From IMG/VR virus record IMGVR_UViG_3300043435_000886: a DNA stretch of 64,000 nucleotides; one strand, given 5' to 3'. The position numbers and the translations under genes were made by a program. Under the pieces are notes generated by a model that saw only the letters and a program-made list of their open reading frames with translations, ran no database searches and was not told the DNA's origin. This stretch comes from a virus. Of the stretch, positions 1 through 8,800 are shown one piece after another (position 1 is the stretch's first letter; each line of letters begins with the position of its first letter).

Positions 1-1767
1 TAACTGTTCTTCTAAAGACAATTCACGTCTATTACCTGATTCAGTTTTAAAAGATATTTCTCCAGCTAATAATCTATTTTGTTTATTAGTTTCTTGCACA
101 TCTCCTTCAGTAAAATATTCTAGAGATTCTAAATTTAACCCATTAGAGTTTAGTACTTCAGTTATTAATGCTTTCTTAGATAGTTTTAAATTATTAGCTT
201 CAAATGATAAACTAGTATTATTTTCTACAGCTTTAAGATAATCTTTTATTAAAGGTTGACTTAACCAATTCATTAGATATTCAGTATCTCCACCTAATCT
301 TTCAAAAGTAGAAACTACATTGGCAGTGTTTCCATTTACACCTAATAAAAATAAGAAAGGATCTTTAGCAGCATCCACAGCAGCAGTTAAATACTGATTA
401 CCTATCATCTCTGAAATCAATGTACCTCTAACATTATACCTTCCAGACAATGAAGGTACTGTAACACCATTAATTTCTAATGTATTATGATTAAAGTAAA
501 AAGGTCTACTTACATTAAAATGTAATCCAACTTGTTGAGCTAATGAATGATGTACTGATTGAGCAGCAAAAATACCTACTAAAGCTTTAGCAGCATACAT
601 TTGAGTAGTAATATCAATTAAAGTTTTAGGTTTAAACAAATCTGAATAACTCATTTTATTACTTTTACCATAGATATCATCAGCTAGTCCTTTTAAGATA
701 TCTGATGAGTTTGGAGTAAGTAGTTGTTTTAAAGTTAAATCTCCATTTTCTAATACCTGTAAAGACTGAGACATTAAATCATTTTGTAATTTCTTTTTTT
801 CAAGTTGTTCTTTAAATTGTTCACGGGTAAACTTTAATGGACCAGCAAAATCTTCAGCATCTTCTTCAGACATACCATAGTCTAAACCTTCTCTTGTTTT
901 ATCTTCCATGCTTTTAAGCATGTTATCATACATTTCATCAGCTCTAGCTAAAACTGAATCATCAACATATACAGGTTTTCCTTTATATGTAACTGTATTA
1001 GGAATGTATAAGTTAATTTTATCCACGTCAAAGTCAGCTCCAGATTGAGAAGTAATTTCTTTAGGTACAACAATTACTTGTTCCATGTATGAAGGTAAAT
1101 AACCTACAACTTTAAAATGTAAAATAGAGTTTAATCCTTGAGTTGGAATACGATAACCTATGTTAATAAGTACTCTTTCATCATCAATTATCATATTACC
1201 ATCTTTATCAGCTTTAACATAAGGTCTGTACTTTTCAGGTAACAAAATTTCAGCTGCACCTATTTTTTTATCAGCTTTATTCCACGTTAAAAATTCTAAA
1301 CCATTATTACGATAGTAAGCTATTTTAGCTGCCGGTGATATAAAACTAATACCTGTTTCAATAGCAAGAATTTCTTCATCTGTTGGATTTTTACCTATTG
1401 AAGCTAATTCCCAACCAGCTTGAGAAACTTGCACTAAAGTAGAACCGTTGATGTATTGTCTAACAATATTATTAGCAACTAAAGAGTTTATCATATTCAT
1501 TAACTTAGTTCTGTTTGGAACTGTATCAATGAATTTAGTTTCACCATCAAAAAGATAATTAATAGCTCCAATGTAATTTGTAGAAGCTCCTCTTTGCATT
1601 ACTTGTTCAAGTAAAAGCTTCTTCAAACCTTCATTATAAACTTTATCATTACGTAATACTCTATCTAAAAGAGAATTCTTTTCAATCTCAGCTAATCTTT
1701 CAATTGTTTTATAGTTTTCTTCTAACCAATTTTCAACTTCTTGAGAACCGGCACCAGCTTCAATCAT
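1..1767 (-). CDS. RNA polymerase beta-prime-like catalytic subunit (candidate virion RNAP subunit), 5' part only; the ORF runs off the window start
   Basis: Manual translation from the ATG at 1767 (MIEAGAGSQEVENWLEENYK...) gives 589 codons with no stop down to position 1. Contains IGYRIPTQGLNSILHF (cf. beta-prime NRAPTLHRLGIQAF) and about 40 aa later SGADFDVDKINLYIP (cf. NADFDGDQMAVHVP, the DPBB catalytic Asp triad). Not in the ORF track because its stop lies outside the window. Confidence 0.55.
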   Translation of the reverse strand, partial: MIEAGAGSQEVENWLEENYKTIERLAEIEKNSLLDRVLRNDKVYNEGLKKLLLEQVMQRGASTNYIGAINYLFDGETKFIDTVPNRTKLMNMINSLVANNIVRQYINGSTLVQVSQAGWELASIGKNPTDEEILAIETGISFISPAAKIAYYRNNGLEFLTWNKADKKIGAAEILLPEKYRPYVKADKDGNMIIDDERVLINIGYRIPTQGLNSILHFKVVGYLPSYMEQVIVVPKEITSQSGADFDVDKINLYIPNTVTYKGKPVYVDDSVLARADEMYDNMLKSMEDKTREGLDYGMSEEDAEDFAGPLKFTREQFKEQLEKKKLQNDLMSQSLQVLENGDLTLKQLLTPNSSDILKGLADDIYGKSNKMSYSDLFKPKTLIDITTQMYAAKALVGIFAAQSVHHSLAQQVGLHFNVSRPFYFNHNTLEINGVTVPSLSGRYNVRGTLISEMIGNQYLTAAVDAAKDPFLFLLGVNGNTANVVSTFERLGGDTEYLMNWLSQPLIKDYLKAVENNTSLSFEANNLKLSKKALITEVLNSNGLNLESLEYFTEGDVQETNKQNRLLAGEISFKTESGNRRELSLEEQL

Positions 1768-1778
1768 GTTTACAGATA

Positions 1779-4700
1779 TTAATCCATTGAAACTTCAAAT
1801 GTAGCATTAGGATCAGCTATAGCTTGGCCTTTAGAATCAAATTCAGGTTTAGTATTAGGTCTAGACATTTTAATAATAGAATCAGGACCAGTTAAACCTA
1901 TACCTTCTTTATTCATTAATGCAAGGACTTTTTCATTATTAGTACCTTTTACAGCTGCCGGTATTAAAGGATAAACAGATAACTTTAAAAAGATAGGTAG
2001 TTCAACACCATTATCTTCAATAACATCATAACCTACAGGTTTTAATGGAGGAAAAGTTACTTTCTTATCTTCTTTAGCAAGTTGCTGATTGTTCATTAAC
2101 TTGTTATATACCTTTTCCTGAGCTTCTGTCCATCTATTAATCATTTTATTGATTTCACGATAAATACCAAAATGTATTTTACCTTGGCCATCATCAACGT
2201 TATTTTTACTATAAGGATTCTTTTTACCTTCTAGACCTGTAATTTGAGTTGTTAGTTCTAGTAATTCAGGATTTGATGTTGTTTCAGTTTCTTTATAAAT
2301 CTTAACTCTAAGTTTAATAGGTGAAGGAAAGTTAACCATTGAAGAATGCCTTGTAGCTTTAATCTGATTTACTTTAGCAGGACTTAAATCATTACTTCTT
2401 GTTTCAGCAATAGCTGCTGAAGTACGTTTAAAAAAATCTTCGGGTGACTTGGTACCAGTAAAGTTACCATATAACATTTTAGATAACTCATAACCATAGT
2501 ACATTGAATTGAATGTATAAGCTTTAGCTATTTTATCCATTACAACTAACTGTTCTTCCATAGTTAATTTAGTAAAAGGATTATATTTAGATTTCTCTTT
2601 TTGTTCTTCTGTAAGAAATCTATTTACAATTTTAACCGGTATTACTGTTTTAATATAAGAAGTACCACGTCTACTAGTAGTTTCTCTAATTACACCATAA
2701 GATTTAAGTTCGTTAAATACAGTTTCTGCAGCTGTATTAACAGATTGCATGTACTTCTCATTAAATTCTTCTTGAGTAAGTACATCTTCAGCTTCATCTT
2801 TTAATAGTTCTTGCCAATATATTCTAGGATGAGTAAAGTTTTTAGTAAATTTAGTAGGAGTATTTAAAGCTAAATCTGTTTTGTATCTTTCATATAACTC
2901 TTCCAGAAACTTAGATGGGTTACCTCCGTAATAAACATACTGAGACATGTAAGCCTGTTCAGTCATAACCATACCTTCAGATGTTTTAGCATTTTTATCT
3001 CTTTCTAAAACTATACCTTGTTCTAATGATTTATCTGAAGTTCTAGGTAAACTGAATACAAAGCTACCTGGAGTAAACATATTAGTAATAGCAGTATTGT
3101 ATAAATCAACACGGCCAAGTTTATTAAAACTTTTTTGTACAGCTCTAACAGTAGCTCCACTAATAATAGTATAGTTAAACTTTCCAGCAGCTATATCAGA
3201 TTCAAGTTTAGTTTTAGCTTTAATAAATCCGGATTTAAGTTTATTGATCTTTCTAGAAAAGTAACTATGATTATGTACAGAAGATTGGCTTTCACCTTCA
3301 GCATTACGTACTTGAAGATTTCTTTCATTTTTTGTACGGGCAACAATAGTATCTAAAATTGTATTAAGATAACCTGATAGTTCATGAGTCTTTCTTAACT
3401 CAGGGTCATCTACCCAACTAATATTATTACGTGAAGTTAATGCTTCTTTAATAGCTAAAGCTGCTGCTTTTACTTCTGATGACATGTCACCTGACGTGAC
3501 ATCAAATCCAATAGCATTTAAAAACTGCAAAGGGTTTAATGGTTTTAATTCTATAGGAGATTTAATTACAGCTTTACCATTAGAATTAACTTTAATATAA
3601 GAAGATAATCTAAATTTACTTTTAGCTGCTTCTTTTACAGATTGTTTTAAAGTACTATCTAATGCATTAAAAGATAAACCATCTTTTCTTAAATCAACAA
3701 TATGGAATTCACTTTTAGCTTTAGAAAATTGCTCAAAAAAAGAAGTTCTTACTTTTTCATATAAAACTTGATTTTGTAATTGACCGTCTATAAAACCTAA
3801 ACCATTCAGTATCTGATCTTTATAAGGTAAATTACTATCTTGAATCAATTTAATTTGCTGGTCCAAAGTAGTAGAGCCTCCTAAAATGTTCATAGTATTT
3901 CTCATTGCCTCGGAGAAATTATACTGTTTAGGAATATTACCTATTAAAGGTTCTTTAGTAAATAAGCTTTTAAATAAATATACTACTTCATCTTTAGCTG
4001 TTTCTACAGCATCAAACATAATAGAAGATTTAGCTACAACACTATCTCTGTCATTTACAGCTTCTTCTTCAATATCTTCAGAAACACCTAATTGTTTTAA
4101 CCTGGAGCCTATTAAAAGAGATTTGAGATAATGATAGTTGTTTTCTAATTCAATTAATCCCCATGCTTTTAACATGTTTGGAATACCGGTATTTAAAATT
4201 GAGTCTAAGTTATCTTCAAAAAACTCTTTAGTAATAGGTGCACCTTTAGCTCTATTTTTTAAAATTAAAAAGAAACTAGATTCTAATGCATCTAACTGTT
4301 CTTGTTGATCAAGAAGACTTATGTTTTCAAATTGATTGTTCTTGGTAAGAATATGCTCTTCTACAGAAACTACTTTAGATTCTTCAGGTTTAACTTCAAG
4401 TTTTAATTTTTGATTTATTTTAATTCTTGGTGTATTCCCTGTATGATAAATAGTATATTTAGCTCCTATTTCATCAAGATAGTCTATAAATTGTGAATCT
4501 ACATTAGGCATATCTCCTACTATAAATTCAGCACCTGAATTATGAGCATTTAATATACTTTCTTTTGTAGATTTTTCTAATTTTCTATTTTTTAAAGAAC
4601 CATTTCTAGCTAACATTACTACAGCATTATTTACATCAGTATAATTATCAATTATTAAACTGTTAACTATTCCTAAAACTTTTGTTTGTTTTAAACTAGC

Positions 4701-5774
4701 TGTATTTATATCTTTATTATCTGTAGATTCATTTTTATTAATGTATTCTGCAGAAGTTCTTGTAGAAGAACTAATTGATAACCCATCTTCTTCACCAATA
4801 AAAGAATTTGCAACTTGTCTCATTGCTTTATCTTTACCATCCCCTTGAGGTGTTCCTTTTCCTTTATCTTCAAATCCTCCTTTATATCCTTGGAATCCTT
4901 CAACACTAGTAGATGGTTGTGTAACTGGTTGATTTTCAGATATAAATTTTTTAAATCCTTCTATATCTTTTTTACCTGTTTTATTTACATATTCAGAGTA
5001 TAATTGCAAAGCTTTTTGTTTTTCAGCTTGTGTTGGTAAATTATACAATTGATATTTGGTTGTATAATTTGAAACTCTTTTTTTAGATTGATTAGCTTTT
5101 TCTATTAAAGATTGATCGTATAAAACCAACTCAAGATTAGGGTCTTCTGAACTATTTATTCCTCCTATAAAAGCTTTACCGTCAATAGCTTTAACTCTAT
5201 CTTGAAAATTACCTTTTCCATTTGTAAGTTTATCATAAGGAATTGTACCTTTAAATTCGTTTTTAGCAGTAACAATTTCAGATGGATTTATTTCAAATTC
5301 AACAGTATTGACATCTTTACCAGGATAAGGATTAGTTAAAGCAAGATATAATCCTTCACCTCTTTGACCAAACCCTTTAGATCCTTTACCACTATCATCT
5401 GTTCTATAAGCTCTAATTAGATAATTACCATTAGGCAATTCAGTTATTCCAGGTTTAAATTCTGTTTTAACAGGTTTAGCTCTACTATATATATCTTTAC
5501 CTTTTTCCCATCCAGTAGGAACTGTTTCACTAAAACCTAAAGCTTCATAAATTTCATTAATTAATTCAGAATTTGAATCAATAGAAATTAAATCATTAGC
5601 TTCAATATAAGCTATGAACTTTTTATCTGTGGGTAATTTATCTGTATCATTGTCAGTTAGATACATTTCAGTGAAAGTCTTAACTTGCTGAGAAGTTAAA
5701 TTGAATTTTGCAGTTTTTGCTGCTATGTATTTAGCTACCTCTGGTAGATTTACAGATAAACATTTTTGGCCCAT
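1779..5774 (-). CDS. Giant virion-associated protein (1331 aa). Possibly the N-terminal module or subunit of a split virion RNAP. The C-terminus has weak beta-subunit-like DPBB motifs (GQGKIHFGIYREIN; VIEDNGVELPIFL).
   Basis: Long uninterrupted ORF ending 11 nt upstream of the RNAP-motif ORF, which is in a different frame. Lies in the tail-distal giant-protein block typical of crAss-like phages. Confidence 0.45.
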   Translation of the reverse strand: MGQKCLSVNLPEVAKYIAAKTAKFNLTSQQVKTFTEMYLTDNDTDKLPTDKKFIAYIEANDLISIDSNSELINEIYEALGFSETVPTGWEKGKDIYSRAKPVKTEFKPGITELPNGNYLIRAYRTDDSGKGSKGFGQRGEGLYLALTNPYPGKDVNTVEFEINPSEIVTAKNEFKGTIPYDKLTNGKGNFQDRVKAIDGKAFIGGINSSEDPNLELVLYDQSLIEKANQSKKRVSNYTTKYQLYNLPTQAEKQKALQLYSEYVNKTGKKDIEGFKKFISENQPVTQPSTSVEGFQGYKGGFEDKGKGTPQGDGKDKAMRQVANSFIGEEDGLSISSSTRTSAEYINKNESTDNKDINTASLKQTKVLGIVNSLIIDNYTDVNNAVVMLARNGSLKNRKLEKSTKESILNAHNSGAEFIVGDMPNVDSQFIDYLDEIGAKYTIYHTGNTPRIKINQKLKLEVKPEESKVVSVEEHILTKNNQFENISLLDQQEQLDALESSFFLILKNRAKGAPITKEFFEDNLDSILNTGIPNMLKAWGLIELENNYHYLKSLLIGSRLKQLGVSEDIEEEAVNDRDSVVAKSSIMFDAVETAKDEVVYLFKSLFTKEPLIGNIPKQYNFSEAMRNTMNILGGSTTLDQQIKLIQDSNLPYKDQILNGLGFIDGQLQNQVLYEKVRTSFFEQFSKAKSEFHIVDLRKDGLSFNALDSTLKQSVKEAAKSKFRLSSYIKVNSNGKAVIKSPIELKPLNPLQFLNAIGFDVTSGDMSSEVKAAALAIKEALTSRNNISWVDDPELRKTHELSGYLNTILDTIVARTKNERNLQVRNAEGESQSSVHNHSYFSRKINKLKSGFIKAKTKLESDIAAGKFNYTIISGATVRAVQKSFNKLGRVDLYNTAITNMFTPGSFVFSLPRTSDKSLEQGIVLERDKNAKTSEGMVMTEQAYMSQYVYYGGNPSKFLEELYERYKTDLALNTPTKFTKNFTHPRIYWQELLKDEAEDVLTQEEFNEKYMQSVNTAAETVFNELKSYGVIRETTSRRGTSYIKTVIPVKIVNRFLTEEQKEKSKYNPFTKLTMEEQLVVMDKIAKAYTFNSMYYGYELSKMLYGNFTGTKSPEDFFKRTSAAIAETRSNDLSPAKVNQIKATRHSSMVNFPSPIKLRVKIYKETETTSNPELLELTTQITGLEGKKNPYSKNNVDDGQGKIHFGIYREINKMINRWTEAQEKVYNKLMNNQQLAKEDKKVTFPPLKPVGYDVIEDNGVELPIFLKLSVYPLIPAAVKGTNNEKVLALMNKEGIGLTGPDSIIKMSRPNTKPEFDSKGQAIADPNATFEVSMD

Positions 5775-5784
5775 AAGATATAAA

Positions 5785-5816
5785 AAAAGATTCGTTACAA
5801 ATGTAACGAATCTTTA
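5785..5816 (-). terminator. Hairpin plus T-run terminator or attenuator between the 1498-aa and 1331-aa genes. The stem is the palindrome AGATTCGTTACA-aa-TGTAACGAATCT, which also carries a TACATTTG -7 promoter box.
   Basis: 12-bp perfect stem, extendable to 15 bp. On the minus strand it is followed by TTTTTT. Confidence 0.55.
5791..5813 (-). promoter_or_regulatory. Internal promoter candidate: TAnnTTTG -7 box (TACATTTG) within the conserved motif TTACAAAWGTAACGAAT, 24 nt upstream of the 1331-aa gene start
   Basis: Same motif and same 24-nt spacing as at 12219-12240. Confidence 0.45.
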
Positions 5817-5818
5817 AA

Positions 5819-8800
5819 TTAAAAACCAAAATCATTTACATCTTTTGTAGGATTACCTGCATCACAAACTTTATCGGTAACTTCTTCTTTAGTTTTAATA
5901 GGATCTATTTGAACAAATCTTATTTTCTTGATAAATTCATTATGTGCTTCAGGATTCTGAGCAGCTATCATATCTGTTGCTGGAACACCTGGATTTATTG
6001 AACCGTAAACTTCAGTAAATTTCTTAACTGCTTCTGCTCTAGGTATGAATAAAACAATACTTTCTCCAATAGCAGTATAGTGTTTAGATACGATGTAAAT
6101 TAATTCTTCATCTGTTAACTCTTTTAATAGTTTTTCATCTTGTAGTTTAATTCTTTTTAAAATACTTTCTTCAGTAAATACAGGTGTATCATTAGGTTTA
6201 GGTTTAGGTTTAGGTTTATCTGGAGCTTTAGGTTGAGCTTGAACTGTAGGAGATGAACTTAACATTACATTATCACCTTCAGTTCCTAAAACCATATAAG
6301 CATTGGAAAACTTAAACTCTTTACTTACATCAGTACCTATTCTTGGAGAATCAGAATCAAATAAAAAGTTAAGGTAAGATTCATATGGAGTACCTTCAGC
6401 AACACCGTCTTCAGATACAGATTTAGGAAAACTAAAACCATCTTTAAAAGAAGAAGCTGCATAGTTTTTTAACTGATATCTTAAACCGGCAGGATGATTG
6501 TCATTAAAAAACTTAATGATATCAGCTTTTGTAACTGTTGCCGGGTCAACTACTTTGTACCCTAATTTAAGTTTATATTGACCATCTTCAAAAAATACAT
6601 TTACACGTTTCTTAGAATTAGTGCCGGTAGATTTACCATAAATATTTAACAAAGAGTCGATAATACCAGGACCTTTAGGTCTATCTTTACTATCAACACC
6701 ATCTTTAACAAATCCTGAAGAAAATAGATTTACTTCTTTACCATTCAAAGTTATCTTGTTACTTTGCTTAGTTACAAAGTAATGTAAAGAATCGACTAAA
6801 CCATTTAAATCTTCATCGGAGAATTCATTTTTATAAAAAGGCATTATAACTTCTGATTCACCATTAGCTTTAATATCATTAAATACTAAATAACCTCTTT
6901 TAAAATTAGGATTAGATGTTACAAATTCTTCAGTTTGAAACTCATTACCGTCTTTCTTAATATATTTAACAGTTACAGAATAAGTACCATCCCCGTTTTC
7001 AGTTACATTTTGAACTGTACCTAATCCAGGTACTAGTTTCATAGAACCTTTAATCGGAATAATAGAACTATGTTCAACTAAAGACTTTAAGTTTTTAACT
7101 ACACGGCCTATTATATTCTTATTAGGATGTTTACCATTAATATTAGGTATTCTACTTAATATCCCACCTGATTTGGAAACTACAGGAGAATACATAGGTT
7201 TACTATTTTTTAAGATAGTGTCTATGATAAACTTTCTCTGTTCAATTAACTTAATTCTATTTGCTTCATGTTGAGCTTCTTTTTCTTCACGAGTTAACTT
7301 GTCATTCTTTTCTATCTGATCATACTCTACTGTTTCATTATAATAATTAATATCATGCATGAAACAAGTAATAGCTTTACCGTTTCTAGTTACAGGTTTA
7401 CCATTTTCATACAAAGTCATTTTAATTAATCTGTAAGCTGGATTAGTTTTTAAATCAGCTACAGTAAGAGGTTTATTATATTTAGCATTACGTTTAGAAT
7501 TAACTTCATCAGCTATTTCTTGAAGCATGCTTTCATTAGGTACTTCACTTACATCTAATTGCCAAGAGAAAGTTTTAGCAGGTTTACCTTCAAAACTAAC
7601 TCCAGGAGTGTTCTCTGGATTAGCCATAAACCTAGATAAATCTTCATTTTCTCCATTTAAAATATAATCACCTTCTTCATTTAAATCATAACCTTTACCT
7701 CTGATAAATCTCCATACACTACCGGTAGATGCAAAAAAGGATGTCTTTTTAGGAGCACTTTCAGTTCTTGGATTATATGTAGGTTTATCACCTTCTTCAT
7801 CTTCTTCTTCATCAAATTCAGATAAATCTGTTTTAGTAGGAGATATGGTATAGTCATTACCTAATTCTTCCATGGTAACTTCTTTGCCAGTAGCTACTTC
7901 TATAATTTTATGAACTCCATCAACTACAGTGGTAATGTATTCTTTAACATTTCCTTCAGCATCTGTAACTTGAATAGTATGAGGATTCTTTGCAGAATGC
8001 TTAGCTTTAAATTTATAGTTTAAATCTTTTATAGCTTTAGTTTCGTCTATTTTAGATTGCATTTCAGCTTTAAACTCATTTAGTTTTTCAGCCTGAACTT
8101 GTCTTTCTAATTTAGCCGGGTCCTCTAATATGTCTTTGTATTGTTGAATTAACTGTTTGTTTGTAACGTTAAGTTCTTTATACTTATCATATTGATTCTG
8201 AAGATTAGCTTTTTCAATAGGGTCTTCAAGAGCATCTAAAGTAGTAGTCAAAGCTTGATTTTTAAAAGCTTCTTTATTTTCTTTTACTCTTAAATCAGGA
8301 TTACCTGCTTTAGTTCTTCTAGTATCTTTTGGAAAATAAACTTCTTGATGAGCAGCAGCATATTCTTCTAAAGCAGGTAAAATCTCAGGTTTAATTTTAC
8401 TTAATTCTGAATTAATAGCTTTTTGTGATGCAAGAATATCAGCAAATTTCATCATAGCCGGTTTAGATAAATTAGCAAAACCAGGTAAATTCAAAGCTGT
8501 TTCATAAGACTTTTTAAAATCTTCAGATATTTTTAAAGCTTCAGCACTTTCTTTTTTAAACTCTTCTAAATCTTTAGGTGTAACTTCAACTTCACTTAAT
8601 TTTTTATTTTGTTGTAAAGCTTTCATAGCTTTTAATTCATCTAAAGTAATGTCTGTTTTTTGAAGTTTAGCTTTATAGTTATCATATTCACCTACAGATA
8701 AATTAAATAATGCTTCATTAAGAATCTGTTTATTCTTAGCTGCATTATATAACTCTTCGTTATTTTGTCCTCTAGCATATTCTTTTACAGATTCAAGCTG

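Noticed and set aside
2601-5003. Short plus-strand ORFs (2601..2804, 3135..3356, 3886..4131, 4815..5003) inside the 1331-aa minus-strand gene. Similar antisense ORFs include 9147..9359, 11374..11592, 13079..13676, 16508..16699, 19351..19566, 23230..23475 and 31284..31469.
   Set aside because: They are embedded antisense within long, well-supported genes. Their translations are low-complexity and Phe/Ile/Ser-rich, which is typical of AT-rich antisense frames. I read them as spurious.
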